From assembly GCA_029261035.1 (NCBI GenBank), contig JAJDCD010000008.1, positions 364,480 to 428,479 on the forward strand: a stretch of 64,000 nucleotides of DNA. Direction: 5' to 3'. This stretch comes from Candidatus Omnitrophota bacterium (GTDB lineage: Bacteria; Omnitrophota; Omnitrophia; Omnitrophales; JACROU01). A model generated the notes under the pieces. It was not told the origin of the DNA and did no database searches. It worked only from the letters and a program-made list of their open reading frames with translations. Every line of letters begins with the position of its first letter. The stretch's first letter is position 1. This document shows positions 18,212 through 29,010 of the stretch, piece by piece. A program made the position numbers and the translations under genes.

Positions 18212-18532
18212 CTAATGACATTTACAAGGCTCCCCACTGCACTTGCAGTTCTCAGGGCATTCTTGCTCAAGAGCCACTTTAGCTTGCTCCGCAGCTTCAA
18301 TACTCGCCTTTAGAGTGCCTGCTAGAGCACTCAGCCCAACAACCTCACCGCCTAACTCACCGGCTGACGACTGAATTCTCTCAATCAATGCTACTTTGGC
18401 GCACTGATCGCACTTTGGTAGATCATTTAGCGTCGCTTCGAAACTTTCTGAAAGTCTCTCTACTTTCTTCAACGATCCACGAAGTTGTTCAAGCCCTAAT
18501 CGCTTCCAAAGGTTTTCTCCGTCTTCATTCAT
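18212..18532 (-). CDS. Hypothetical helical protein with Cys-rich tail
   Basis: CxxC and CPENCKCSGEPCKCH; AAGGAGG RBS. Confidence 0.7.
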   Translation of the reverse strand: MNEDGENLWKRLGLEQLRGSLKKVERLSESFEATLNDLPKCDQCAKVALIERIQSSAGELGGEVVGLSALAGTLKASIEAAEQAKVALEQECPENCKCSGEPCKCH

Positions 18533-18543
18533 AATTACCTCCT

Positions 18544-21500
18544 TTACGCCAAGCTACTTTGATCATCATGCGCTGCAAAACGCTCGTCTTTAATACCATG
18601 TTTGATCTTCCACTCCATCACCGCACAATAAAGAACGGGCACCACAAAAACAGTGACAAGCACAACAGACATTCCTCCAAAAGAAGGGATGGCCATAGGA
18701 ACCATCACATCAGAACCTCTACCAGTAGAAGTCAGAACAGGAATGAGTGCAAGAATGGTCGTCGCCGTTGTCATTAAACATGGGCGAATTCTTCTTTCTG
18801 CTGCAACAAGCGTTGCTTCCCGAGCTTCTTGAATCGATGTAATTTCACGCTTGCTAAAAGTTTGATCAAGATACGTTCCTAAAATCACACCGTTGTCTGT
18901 AGCAATGCCAAAGAGTGCAAGAAAACCGACCCACACGGCAACACTAAGGTTGATAGGATGAATTTGAAAAAGATCACGCATGTAGGTACCAAACAGATAG
19001 AAATCAAAGAACCAAGGTTGCCCGTAAAGCCAAAGCATAAGGAAACCCCCAGCCCATGCGACGAGCACACCAGAGAAGACAAGAAGAGTTGTCATCACTG
19101 ATTTAAATTGAAAGTAGAGAACCAGAAATATCGCAAACAAGGCTAGAGGCAGCACAATTACCATTCTCTTAGAACTTCTTACCTGGTTCTCGTAACTTCC
19201 GGCAAATGTGTAGCTCACCCCGGCAGGCAAATCAAATTCGCCACTCTCAATTTTTGATTTAAGGTAGGCTTGAGACTCTTCTACAACGTCTACTTCTGCT
19301 TTTCCCGGCTTCATGTCAAAAAGAACATAACTCGTTAAAAAGGTATCCTCACTTTTGATCACTTGAGGACCACGCAAATAATCAATCGTTGCAAGCTGTT
19401 TGATGGGAATCTGCGCCCCACTCGGAGATGCTACAAGAATATCTTCAAGGGACTCAATCGTATCTCTGAGTTCCCGCATGTACCGGACCCTGACAGGATA
19501 ACGTTCTCGTCCTTCAACCGTTGTCGTAATTCTTTTGCCGCCAATCGCAATTTCAATCACATCTTGAACATCGCGAATGCGAATGCCATACCGTGCAATC
19601 GCTTCTCTATCAATATCAATCTCAAGATACGGTTTTCCGACAACGCGGTCCGCAAATACGGCGGCGGGTTCTACCGACGGAACTTCTTTTAAAAATTTTT
19701 CAATTTGAAGTCCAACCTTTTCGATCACCTCAAGCGTCGGGCCTTTAACCTTAACACCCATTGGTGCACGCATGCCACTTTGAAGCATGACAATACGAGC
19801 GGCAATTGGCTGTAGTTTTGGTGCCGATGTTGTTCCCAGAATCTCTGTCGCTTTCACAATCTCTTGCCAGATATCATCCGCACTCCGGATGTGATCTCGC
19901 CATTGCCGGTAGGGTCGGCCTCGTTTGGCTTCAATCAGATCGCCCATTTCAGTCCGTACAAATTCTTTTTTACGGCGGTCATATTTAAACCGTTTACGGT
20001 GTCCTTTTTCGTCAAGAATATACTCAGGTTTGTAATTAATCGTTGTTTCAATCATCGATATTGGTGCAGGATCGAGCGGACTCTCCACGCGACCTAGCTT
20101 CCCTACGACAGAATCAATTTCAGGAATTCCTCGAATCGACATATCCTGTTTCTGAAGCACATCAAGTGATTCCCCAATCGAAGCATGCGGCATGGTCGTA
20201 GGCATGAATAAAAATGACCCTTCATCAAGCGCAGGCATAAACTCTTTACCAAGACCGGGAAAGGTTTTTCCAACCCAGGAGACGGGAGGATTACTCCTTA
20301 TAAAATTCGGAATGAGTCCAAAAACCTTGTCAAAGCCCAACCATATCGTGACACCCAAAACAATAACAACGAGCGGTGTGATTAAAAACTTTCTTTTGTT
20401 CCGAAGGCACCATCTGAGCATTGGCGTGTAATAGCTCTGAAAGAGATGAAAGAACCAAAGAAGACCACCGATCAGTAAAGCGACAAATGAAAAGTTCAGA
20501 ATCATTCCTTTGTCTGGACCTAAAGGCAACCACTGTCGAGTCAGCGCCAAAGACACCGCAAGAACCGCTAACCAATTGAGCACCGTAGGAACTTTAGGCT
20601 TCCACTTTTCAGGTAAACGGTGTTCAAATGCACGAAGTGATCCAAAAACTATGATGACAAAGCCAACCCAAGCAGAAAACTTGAGCAGTAAAAAGAGACC
20701 TAAAGCAATGACGACAAAACCCATAAGCTGCTTCATTTTCACATTCGTTTTTCGCTTCTTAAACAACCAGTGAGCAGCAGGTGGAATAATCGTAAGCGCA
20801 ACGATCACCGAGGCAATCAATGCAAAGCTCTTCGTGAAAGCTAGGGGTCTAAACAGCTTTCCTTCTGCGGCTTGCATCGTAAAGACAGGAAGAAAACTAA
20901 TCACAGTAGTAGCGACTGCCGTAATCACAGCGCTCCCGACTTCGGTGGACGCACGAAAGATAACCTCCATCCGGTCTTCCTCAGGCTTCGCTTTTTCTAG
21001 ATGCTTGAGAATGTTTTCTGTGATTACAATACCCATATCAACCATCGTGCCAATCGCAATTGCAATTCCCGATAGCGCAACAATGTTGGCATCTATACCG
21101 AAAAGCTTCATACCAATAAAGCACATCAAAACAGCGAGGGGCAGAAGCCCTGAAATTAAAAGCGAACTCGCAAGATGCATCACTGAAACAATCACCACAA
21201 TAATCGTCACAAGGATTTCTTGTTCTAAAGCATCATTAAGCGTTCCTAAGGTTTCATGGATAAGACCGCTCCTGTCATAAAAAGGAACGACTGTAACTTG
21301 ACTGAGAGTCCCATCTTCAAGCGTTTTCTTGGGAAGGCCGTCTTTAATTTCTTCGATTTTGGCTTTTACGTTCTTAATGGTTTCCAGTGGATTCTCACCA
21401 TATCTGACGACAGCAACACCCCCGACCACTTCGCTTCCTTCTTTGTCGAGCGCTCCTCGACGAAGCGCCGGCCCCAAACTGACATTTGCCACGTCTTTGA

Positions 21501-22359
21501 TAAAAATAGGCGTGTTGTTGTAGGTTTTAATCACGCTCATTTCGAGATCTTCTAATTTCTCAATAAATCCAAGACCGCGGATCATATACTCAACACGATT
21601 GACTTCTATCGTTCGTGCGCCAACATCAATGTTAGCCATCTTCACCGCATGAAAGACTTCTTGAAGTGAAACCCCATAAGCACGCATGGAATCCGGGTCA
21701 ACATCGACTTGATACTCTTGAACAAATCCACCAATCGAAGCAACTTCACTCACACCTTTTGCTGAAAGAAGGGCATAACGGACATACCAATCCTGAATGG
21801 TTCTGAGTTCATGAGGGTCCCAACCCCCTGTCGGATTACCCTTTTTGTCCCGGCCTTCAAGCGTATACCAGAATATCTGTCCAAGAGCGGTCGCATCAGG
21901 GCCTAAGGCTGGTGAGACTCCTTCAGGGAGAGTTCCGGACGGAAGACTACTTAATTTTTCTAAAACGCGAGACCTTGACCAATAAAAATCAACCCCCTCT
22001 TCAAAAATAATATAGATGGATGAAAACCCAAAAAAACTATAACTACGAACCGTTCTTACACCGGGAACACCCAAAAGCGAAACTGTTAACGGATAAGAAA
22101 TTTGATCTTCAACATCCTGGGGCGACCGCCCCATCCACTCGGTAAAGACAATCTGCTGGTTCTCACCAATGTCAGGAATAGCATCAGTCGGTACGGGATC
22201 ACGCGGAAGCCCTCCCATGTTCCAATCAAAAGGCGCAACCAAAGCACCCCAAGTAATCATAAAAACAACAAAAAGAGCTACAACCAATTTGTTTTGTAAA
22301 CAAAACCGAATGGTTGCAGCAATAGGACCTCGGGATTCTTTATCTGACTTAGTGGACAT
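18544..22359 (-). CDS. cusA: CusA-type heavy-metal RND efflux permease
   Basis: DAIPDIGENQQIVFT, ALGPDATALG, EFMPALDEG, RIRPCLMT. Confidence 0.95.
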   Translation of the reverse strand: MSTKSDKESRGPIAATIRFCLQNKLVVALFVVFMITWGALVAPFDWNMGGLPRDPVPTDAIPDIGENQQIVFTEWMGRSPQDVEDQISYPLTVSLLGVPGVRTVRSYSFFGFSSIYIIFEEGVDFYWSRSRVLEKLSSLPSGTLPEGVSPALGPDATALGQIFWYTLEGRDKKGNPTGGWDPHELRTIQDWYVRYALLSAKGVSEVASIGGFVQEYQVDVDPDSMRAYGVSLQEVFHAVKMANIDVGARTIEVNRVEYMIRGLGFIEKLEDLEMSVIKTYNNTPIFIKDVANVSLGPALRRGALDKEGSEVVGGVAVVRYGENPLETIKNVKAKIEEIKDGLPKKTLEDGTLSQVTVVPFYDRSGLIHETLGTLNDALEQEILVTIIVVIVSVMHLASSLLISGLLPLAVLMCFIGMKLFGIDANIVALSGIAIAIGTMVDMGIVITENILKHLEKAKPEEDRMEVIFRASTEVGSAVITAVATTVISFLPVFTMQAAEGKLFRPLAFTKSFALIASVIVALTIIPPAAHWLFKKRKTNVKMKQLMGFVVIALGLFLLLKFSAWVGFVIIVFGSLRAFEHRLPEKWKPKVPTVLNWLAVLAVSLALTRQWLPLGPDKGMILNFSFVALLIGGLLWFFHLFQSYYTPMLRWCLRNKRKFLITPLVVIVLGVTIWLGFDKVFGLIPNFIRSNPPVSWVGKTFPGLGKEFMPALDEGSFLFMPTTMPHASIGESLDVLQKQDMSIRGIPEIDSVVGKLGRVESPLDPAPISMIETTINYKPEYILDEKGHRKRFKYDRRKKEFVRTEMGDLIEAKRGRPYRQWRDHIRSADDIWQEIVKATEILGTTSAPKLQPIAARIVMLQSGMRAPMGVKVKGPTLEVIEKVGLQIEKFLKEVPSVEPAAVFADRVVGKPYLEIDIDREAIARYGIRIRDVQDVIEIAIGGKRITTTVEGRERYPVRVRYMRELRDTIESLEDILVASPSGAQIPIKQLATIDYLRGPQVIKSEDTFLTSYVLFDMKPGKAEVDVVEESQAYLKSKIESGEFDLPAGVSYTFAGSYENQVRSSKRMVIVLPLALFAIFLVLYFQFKSVMTTLLVFSGVLVAWAGGFLMLWLYGQPWFFDFYLFGTYMRDLFQIHPINLSVAVWVGFLALFGIATDNGVILGTYLDQTFSKREITSIQEAREATLVAAERRIRPCLMTTATTILALIPVLTSTGRGSDVMVPMAIPSFGGMSVVLVTVFVVPVLYCAVMEWKIKHGIKDERFAAHDDQSSLA

Positions 22360-24484
22360 GTTCAGCGCCTCCACTTATTTCTTCTTTCATACTGGCATCA
22401 CTCGTCATGCCATCTTGTGACAAAAATTTATCCTGGATGGTTCCACAATCCTGCATACGTTTTCCAAAGAAAGGATTCATAATACCTTCCACAGATTGAA
22501 GCCATACTGCCCCTTTACCATCCAATGCCATTGGGCAGAATGCTTTGTAATATTCTCCTGCACCCGCATGCCCATATGTCTTTTCTAAAAGAATAAATTC
22601 ATTGCTTAAATCCTCTAAAACACCTTTTCTGAAATCCTCAATCGTTTTCGAGTCAAGGCCCAGAACAGTGCTGTTCTCAATTCTCCCGGCAAGATCCATC
22701 CAAGTCCCGTGCAGCTTATCTTTAAGCAAATCCATGTTCACACTGCCCAACGCTTGCTTAATCAGCAGAATGGATGCTTTAGCTTTCTCAAAATCATCTG
22801 TTGCAAGCGCATCTTGAAGTGCGAAGTGAGCGTCATAAAGAGGACTCAATTGCGCAAGAAATTCCTTCGGTGTCATCACATGTGTCATGGGAACTTCTTT
22901 TTCCTTACTTTTCTTTGAGTCGCCCCCACCCATTTTTGACATATCATGTCCACCGCCACCGACTCCACCGTCGGGGTTCATCATGCTCGGCTTCGCTTGT
23001 ATTTGAAGAGCACTGTCAATTTTGAAATTACCATTCACGACAACTCGCTCGCCCACTGCCAAACCTGATTTCACAAGATAATGATCTCCAGCTCGTGGCC
23101 CCAAGACAATTTCTCGCCCTTCAAAAGTCGGTTTGGACGCATTCGGTTTGTGAACGTATACGACAGCCCGCTTTCCAGTTTTAAGAACTGCTGATGTTGG
23201 TACAACAAGAGGGGCTTCACTTTCATCTATGGTGACATATCCCATTTTTTCCGCGGTCACAAGTGGCATGCCACAAATTGGACAAGGGCCTGGCTCGTCA
23301 CGAACAATTTCAGGATGCATCGGTCCAATCCATTTTCCTGCCAAATCTGGAGCCATCACACGTCCCATTCCAGCAACTTGAGCTCGAACAATTCCACGGA
23401 CAAACATACCGGGTTTAAGCCGACCGTCTTTATTCTTAACATTAACACGCACTTTTACAGTACGCGTTGTTTGATCAAGAATAGGATCAATGAATGAAAT
23501 TCTTCCGTGAAACTTTTCTCCGGCGTAAGCCTCTGCTTCAAACTCCACGTCTTGCCCGTACCTGAGCCATTCCAAATCTTTTTCGTATGCATCTAGTTTG
23601 ATCCAAACTTCACTTAAATCGACAATAGAGTAAATTTTGGTTCCTGTTTGAACATAAGTACCTTCTTGAACTTCGCGACTAACGACAATTCCAGTCGCCG
23701 AGGCATAAATCGTCATGTGATCCTTGGCAACCTTTGTCTCTTCAAGTTCTTTAATCTGTTCATCCGTAACTCCGAGAAGTTTTAACTTCTCCCTTGCATT
23801 AATGATCGTATCCTCAGAAGTTGATTTAATAATATCAAGGTGGCTTTCCTTGACATTTTTGGCCCCTTGAATGGACTGCAAGTATTCTTCTTGTGCCGCT
23901 AAAAGTTCAGGGCTGTAGAGATACGCTAAATGGTCGCCCTTATTCACAGGCACACCTGTTTGATCAATATAGAGCCTGTCTATTCGTCCACCTGTCCACG
24001 CCGTGATATAAGCAATTTTTGTCTCGTCATATTCAACTTTTCCTACCATTCGGATATCCGTTGAAACCAACTTCCTCTCAACTTCAGCTGTTTCAATCTC
24101 TGCTAACTTCGCAGCTTCAGGCGAAATCACTAAACGCCTTGCGGACGGCATACCTTCACCGGCATCAGTCTTTAGCGGAATCAAATCCATGCCACAAATA
24201 GGACACTGACCTGGCGTTGGTAATTGAATTTGTGGATGCATTGCACAAGACCATACGGATGACTCCTCACCTGCTCCATGAAGATGCTCGGATGATCCAT
24301 TCGAGGCAACTCTTGGTCCACGGATCATACTTGAAATCGTCCATCCCACCGCAAGAGCCACCACGATCAGAATAATAACCGCACGCCGATGGTTCTTAGA
24401 GCCAACCAATTCCTTGACCTGACCCTTGGTCTGCTTAAATCCTTTCGATAAAGTTTCCATTTTGTTTTCTCGTTTATTATCCAT
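22349..24484 (-). CDS. cusB: CusB-type periplasmic adaptor with metal-binding motifs and C-terminal DUF3347-like domain
   Basis: CAMHPQI...CPICGM, YSPELL, LKPGMF, FCPMA...WLQ...NPFFG..M..CG. Confidence 0.92.
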   Translation of the reverse strand: MDNKRENKMETLSKGFKQTKGQVKELVGSKNHRRAVIILIVVALAVGWTISSMIRGPRVASNGSSEHLHGAGEESSVWSCAMHPQIQLPTPGQCPICGMDLIPLKTDAGEGMPSARRLVISPEAAKLAEIETAEVERKLVSTDIRMVGKVEYDETKIAYITAWTGGRIDRLYIDQTGVPVNKGDHLAYLYSPELLAAQEEYLQSIQGAKNVKESHLDIIKSTSEDTIINAREKLKLLGVTDEQIKELEETKVAKDHMTIYASATGIVVSREVQEGTYVQTGTKIYSIVDLSEVWIKLDAYEKDLEWLRYGQDVEFEAEAYAGEKFHGRISFIDPILDQTTRTVKVRVNVKNKDGRLKPGMFVRGIVRAQVAGMGRVMAPDLAGKWIGPMHPEIVRDEPGPCPICGMPLVTAEKMGYVTIDESEAPLVVPTSAVLKTGKRAVVYVHKPNASKPTFEGREIVLGPRAGDHYLVKSGLAVGERVVVNGNFKIDSALQIQAKPSMMNPDGGVGGGGHDMSKMGGGDSKKSKEKEVPMTHVMTPKEFLAQLSPLYDAHFALQDALATDDFEKAKASILLIKQALGSVNMDLLKDKLHGTWMDLAGRIENSTVLGLDSKTIEDFRKGVLEDLSNEFILLEKTYGHAGAGEYYKAFCPMALDGKGAVWLQSVEGIMNPFFGKRMQDCGTIQDKFLSQDGMTSDASMKEEISGGAEHVH

Positions 24485-25841
24485 CGTTTTCTCCTCGCAG
24501 TGATTCACCGACCATCATTTCAAGCTCTGCTAAGCGTTGTTCGTAGTCACGAATAGCCTTGTAATAGGACAGTTGAAAATTAAGCAGCGTCCTTTCACTA
24601 TCAATTAGATTTAAGAAATCAACTTTTCCACCTGAGTAAGCTTTTTCAGAAGCTTTCAAGGATTGTTCGGCTTTTGGAACAAGGGCATCGCGGTAAAGTT
24701 TAATCTGCCTCTCTGCATCTTGAATCTTGAAATAAATCATTTTTATCTTGGCAGATAAATCGTTCTCAAGTTGGTCATGCTGAGCCACGGCTGATTCTCT
24801 TAAAGCCTTGGCCTCATCAACTTGACTCTTTTGCTTGCCATACCAAAGCGGAACATTCACTTTAAACATTAAGGCGCTGGCATCTTGCCCATTATCGCTA
24901 ACATTAAGCGGCCCTTTATCCACATTGATATAATCAAAGGCAACGGTGGTGTCTGGAAGATAGTCAAGACGAGCTAGCCACACTTTCTTTTTGGTTTCTT
25001 CAATACGTTGAGTCGCCTTTTCTAGATCTGGATTATTTTCGTAAAACTTTTCAAAAACAGATTCTTCTACCAGAGCTTTCACTTCATGATCAATTTCCTC
25101 AGGCCAGCCAATCGACATGTTGACATCACGATTTAAAACAGCGTTCAAACGAGCCATGATGGGTCTTCGATAATCATTGAGCGTTAAAAGATCATTCTCA
25201 AGTTTTCCAAGTTCAACCTGCGCCTTTAAAAGGTCTTGGTTACTCGCCATGCTCGATTTAAACTTTGATTGGGCAACGCCTTCAAAATGCTCCAATAGCT
25301 CCATATTCTTTTCTGTCACAAGGATGTTTTTATATAAAAACCAAAATTCAAAATAGGCGTCTTTTAACTCATAAAAATACTGAAGCTTCGCTTTTTGATA
25401 GCTCGCATACTTTTGTCTAGAAACAGCGGTGGAAGCCTTGCCTTGTGTATACAATTTCCCCGGGAAAGGAACTTTCTGACTAATCGAGAACATTTCTTTC
25501 TGAGGCCCAACGCGAGTTTCAACCTCATCAATAAAGAATTTAAATGAAAACTGTGGATCATCCCAGCTTGTGGACTGCTTAATATCGTGAACAGACGCTT
25601 TCCAATGATAAAAAGCACCTCTTAACGCTGCGTTCTGAAGGGCTCCATAGCGAAGAGCCTCGTTTAAGCTGATAGCCTCGCTAAGCTCATCAGTAATCGT
25701 TTCTTTGTAGGCCCTGTGCGTCGCCTTGAGCTCTTTTTTTTCTTCTCTAGAAACACCGGCTGTTACTGGTGAACTTGAAAAGAGTATCATCGCCATGCTA
25801 AGCAACCCTAAAATTGTTCCTGCTTGATATTTGTTTGTCAC
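24477..25841 (-). CDS. TolC/CusC-family outer-membrane efflux protein
   Basis: SQKVPFPGK, VDFLNLIDSER; first gene of the RND trio. Confidence 0.9.
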   Translation of the reverse strand: MTNKYQAGTILGLLSMAMILFSSSPVTAGVSREEKKELKATHRAYKETITDELSEAISLNEALRYGALQNAALRGAFYHWKASVHDIKQSTSWDDPQFSFKFFIDEVETRVGPQKEMFSISQKVPFPGKLYTQGKASTAVSRQKYASYQKAKLQYFYELKDAYFEFWFLYKNILVTEKNMELLEHFEGVAQSKFKSSMASNQDLLKAQVELGKLENDLLTLNDYRRPIMARLNAVLNRDVNMSIGWPEEIDHEVKALVEESVFEKFYENNPDLEKATQRIEETKKKVWLARLDYLPDTTVAFDYINVDKGPLNVSDNGQDASALMFKVNVPLWYGKQKSQVDEAKALRESAVAQHDQLENDLSAKIKMIYFKIQDAERQIKLYRDALVPKAEQSLKASEKAYSGGKVDFLNLIDSERTLLNFQLSYYKAIRDYEQRLAELEMMVGESLRGENDG

Positions 25842-25921
25842 ATTCTCCTCCAATAAAATTAATGCAAATCCAAATAGACCCGTTTTGTGTGGGACTATTC
25901 ATTTCATTTAAGTTTAATTTT

Positions 25922-26347
25922 CTAGATTAAAAAGGACTGAACGGCGAGATAAATCGGTGTACCGTAAATGGACACACTCTGGGCGTGAACGTCTTGAAAA
26001 CTCGAACTTACTACTGAAGATTTGGTAATTGAAACAACTCCGGTAGCGCCTGATGTAAAAACATCAAGACCTAAATCTGAGAGTTTATTTTGGGAAGGAC
26101 CCGTCAGCATAACACTGGGTGGGATAGGTGCTTTACTTTCTAATTCGCACCCGGTACAACAAACATCATCTGCTTTTTTACTTTGGGATTCTTCCGAGCC
26201 ATGGCAATCCATACCTTCAGAAGTATTGGTAGCTTTATGAACTGTGGTTTCTATCTGGCTTGCAAACGCACACCCACAGTCAAGGGCACCTACCGCTACC
26301 CAAGCGAACATAAAGATTAGAATTGAGCTAAGAATTTTATTTTTCAT
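25922..26347 (-). CDS. Secreted Cys-containing leader protein upstream of cus genes
   Basis: Signal peptide, CxC, MDCH, CCxxC, C-terminal PIYL...FLI. Confidence 0.65.
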   Translation of the reverse strand: MKNKILSSILIFMFAWVAVGALDCGCAFASQIETTVHKATNTSEGMDCHGSEESQSKKADDVCCTGCELESKAPIPPSVMLTGPSQNKLSDLGLDVFTSGATGVVSITKSSVVSSSFQDVHAQSVSIYGTPIYLAVQSFLI

Positions 26348-26625
26348 CGTCGGAATTTGTCCAATAAATCAAAAAGCTCGTTTAACTTCTCTTCCTTTTG
26401 CTTCTTAGATTTTCCCTCAAACGCTGTCTGTGCGCAAGTATTTAAATGATCTTTAAGAATATTCGCTTCAACTCTCTTAAGGGCGCCTATAATTGCACTT
26501 GTAGCATTTAGAATATCGACACAATAGCGTTCAGCCTCAATCATCTTCTGAACGCCTCGGACTTGGCCCTCGATACGCCTAAGAGACGTTAACTTATTCT
26601 TATGACATGTCCCTTTTTTCTTCAT
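26344..26625 (-). CDS. csoR: CsoR/RcnR-family copper-sensing repressor
   Basis: LRRIEGQVRGVQKMIE.ERYC.DIL...HL.TC (C-H-C ligands). Confidence 0.92.
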   Translation of the reverse strand: MKKKGTCHKNKLTSLRRIEGQVRGVQKMIEAERYCVDILNATSAIIGALKRVEANILKDHLNTCAQTAFEGKSKKQKEEKLNELFDLLDKFRR

Positions 26626-26631
26626 GCTAGA

Positions 26632-26661
26632 AGCATACCATACCCCCAATGGGTATGTCAA
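26632..26661 (-). promoter_or_regulatory. csoR promoter with CsoR-type operator (near-leaderless transcript)
   Basis: TTGACA...TATGCT; CATACCC-CCAAT-GGGTATG inverted repeat 26639-26657. Confidence 0.8.
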
Positions 26662-26698
26662 ATCCATTCAAAAACAGAGGGATTGAAGCCAATCCTGC

Positions 26699-27118
26699 CT
26701 AATCTATTCCTTTTTTGCCTGCCGCCTTGAATTTGGTGTGAATCATATCACGGACTTTGCGAAACTCATTGATAACGTTCTCTGTAATTTCTTGGTCATG
26801 AGGTGGGTCAGGGAAACTCCAGTGGAGCTTTTTAGCTACCTTTAAGTAAACAGGGCATGATTCCTTAGCATTGTCACAAACGGTGATGACATAATCAAAA
26901 GCAATATCCTTAAACTCATCCAGATGTTGTGACTCATGACCAGAAATATCAATCCCAATTTCAGCCATAACTTTTATGGCGGTATCATTTACTTTTGAGG
27001 GCTTAGTCCCAGCACTGTAAACTTCGTATTTATCCGCCCCATAATGACGCAAGACTCCCTCAGCCATCTGAGAGCGGCAAGAGTTACCCGTGCATAAAAT
27101 TAAGACTTTTTCTTTCAC
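26699..27118 (-). CDS. arsC: Arsenate reductase, LMW-PTP/thioredoxin type
   Basis: CTGNSCRSQMAE, ITVC...CP, HWSFPDP. Confidence 0.92.
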   Translation of the reverse strand: MKEKVLILCTGNSCRSQMAEGVLRHYGADKYEVYSAGTKPSKVNDTAIKVMAEIGIDISGHESQHLDEFKDIAFDYVITVCDNAKESCPVYLKVAKKLHWSFPDPPHDQEITENVINEFRKVRDMIHTKFKAAGKKGID

Positions 27119-27130
27119 AACACACCTTCC

Positions 27131-27340
27131 TCACATTAACTTATTGACTAAAAGCAGGACTGCTCCCCAAATCGCCAGGTTTACTAAAAATATAATAATC
27201 CTTGCTCTTCTAATTGACTCTTTATCTGATGAAATTCCATTTTTAATAAAATAGGCATCTTTATTAAAACACGCTATTAGGGTGCCAAGCCCAAGAAAAG
27301 CAAAGCACATTGTTTGAATAATTACCTTAAAAGATTCCAT
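27131..27340 (-). CDS. Small 2-TM hypothetical protein
   Basis: 69 aa between acr3 and arsC. Confidence 0.55.
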   Translation of the reverse strand: MESFKVIIQTMCFAFLGLGTLIACFNKDAYFIKNGISSDKESIRRARIIIFLVNLAIWGAVLLLVNKLM

Positions 27341-27346
27341 ACCTTA

Positions 27347-28519
27347 TCAATCAAACCAATTTCTTGTTTTTTGACAAATTCTAACCAGCATAAGCATGAC
27401 TGGAACTTCAATTAGCACTCCCACCACCGTAGCTAATGCTGCCCCAGACGACAACCCAAAAAGCATTGTTGCTGTCGCAATGGCTACCTCAAAATGGTTA
27501 CTTGCTCCTATCATCGCTGAGGGTGCTGCATCTTCGTATTTAAGCCGCATTTTCTTTGCCACCCAGTAGGTAATCGCAAAGATAAGACAAGTTTGCACAA
27601 AAAGGGGTATGGCAATCCATAAAATCATGAGGGGCTGAGAGAGAATCACTTCCCCTTTAAAAGAAAAGAGAAGCACTAAGGTTAAAAGCAATGCCGTGAT
27701 GGAAACTGGCGTAAGCACATGGAGAAATTTCTCATTAAACCAATCAAGCCCCTTATGACCCAGAATCCACATTCTTGAAAAGTATCCTGCCACAAGAGGC
27801 AATGCGACATAAATAGCAATCGACAATAAAAGGGCTTCCCATGGGACAGGCATCTGCCCTACACCAAGCAAGAAGCCACCTAAGACACCATATAAAAGCA
27901 ACATAGTTAAGGAATTAATAGCAACCATGACCAAAGTATGGCCATCATTCCCCTTCGCAAGAAAACCCCACACAAGCACCATTGCTGTGCAGGGTGCAAT
28001 ACCCAACAAAATACAGCCCGCAAAAAAGCTCCTCCATAGCGGCACCTGCAACATCTTGACACCTTCGTTCATAACAACTGTACCTGCACCATGTATTGAG
28101 CCAATAGCCCAGTCTGCCCCAGGCGGTAGTTTGACAAAATCCACGGCTTCACTGCCGATAAACCCTTTGAATAAAACCCCTAAACATAGAAAAGCTATGC
28201 CATACATCGTAAACGGCTTGATTGCCCAATTCACAAATAGCGTTAACCCAACTGGCTTTGGAGATTTACCGGCTTTAACAACAGAAGCAAAATCGATTTT
28301 TACCATAATGGGATACATCATAAAGAATAAGCAAATTGCAATAGGGATGGAAACCACGGGAGCATCATTGACGTAAATGGAAAACCCATCCAGCGTCTTG
28401 GCTAAACCAGGTGCGAGCTTACCTATAAAAATACCTGCTGCGATGCAAACCAATACCCATAGAGTTAAATACTTCTCAAAAACCGACATGCTTCTATCTA
28501 TCGTTTCACTCATTGACAT
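27347..28519 (-). CDS. acr3: ACR3-family arsenite efflux transporter
   Basis: [41 protein letters not shown]. Confidence 0.95.
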   Translation of the reverse strand: MSMSETIDRSMSVFEKYLTLWVLVCIAAGIFIGKLAPGLAKTLDGFSIYVNDAPVVSIPIAICLFFMMYPIMVKIDFASVVKAGKSPKPVGLTLFVNWAIKPFTMYGIAFLCLGVLFKGFIGSEAVDFVKLPPGADWAIGSIHGAGTVVMNEGVKMLQVPLWRSFFAGCILLGIAPCTAMVLVWGFLAKGNDGHTLVMVAINSLTMLLLYGVLGGFLLGVGQMPVPWEALLLSIAIYVALPLVAGYFSRMWILGHKGLDWFNEKFLHVLTPVSITALLLTLVLLFSFKGEVILSQPLMILWIAIPLFVQTCLIFAITYWVAKKMRLKYEDAAPSAMIGASNHFEVAIATATMLFGLSSGAALATVVGVLIEVPVMLMLVRICQKTRNWFD

Positions 28520-28529
28520 ATCCTTTTAA

Positions 28530-28901
28530 TTACTGTTTTGTTGACCACTCTGAAACCAAGCATTTAAGACGCCTTCTCATGTGCTGCATCTCTTTAATCT
28601 TAGATTCGAATTCCGTTATCTTTTTAGTGAATACCTCCATAATGAGGTCGCAGCAAGGGTTCAATCCCTGCTTGCTACAGCCCATGATTGTCTTAATCTC
28701 TTCAAGAGTAAGGCCAAATGACTGGGCTTTTTTAATGAAAGTAATTTTTTCGACATCTTGCGGAGGATATAGCCTAAAGCCGCCTGTACTTCGACTGGGC
28801 TTTTGAATTAAACCGAGCTTTTCGTAGTAGCGAAGAGTATGAGAAGAGACGCCCGTTTTGTCTGCAATTTCACCAATTTGAAGAGATTTATTTTTTATCA
28901 T
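28530..28901 (-). CDS. MerR-family metal-responsive regulator
   Basis: IGEIA...TLRYYEKLGLI..P.RS.GGFRLY; PCC. Confidence 0.9.
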   Translation of the reverse strand: MIKNKSLQIGEIADKTGVSSHTLRYYEKLGLIQKPSRSTGGFRLYPPQDVEKITFIKKAQSFGLTLEEIKTIMGCSKQGLNPCCDLIMEVFTKKITEFESKIKEMQHMRRRLKCLVSEWSTKQ

Positions 28902-28907
28902 GGCCTC

Positions 28908-28939
28908 ATTTTACACCTTAGAGCTAACTCTAAGGTCAA
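28908..28939 (-). promoter_or_regulatory. MerR-type promoter/operator
   Basis: TTGACC-20 bp-TAAAAT with perfect IR ACCTTAGAG-N4-CTCTAAGGT. Confidence 0.85.
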
Positions 28940-28942
28940 ATT

Positions 28943-28977
28943 AAAAAAGAAACCGCTCTATAAAGGAGCGGTTTCTT
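28943..28977 (-). terminator. Intrinsic terminator
   Basis: 12-bp stem AAGAAACCGCTC/GAGCGGTTTCTT with U-tract on - strand. Confidence 0.8.
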
Positions 28978-29010
28978 GCTTCGCTTAAATACAATCTATT
29001 TCTTAACTGC

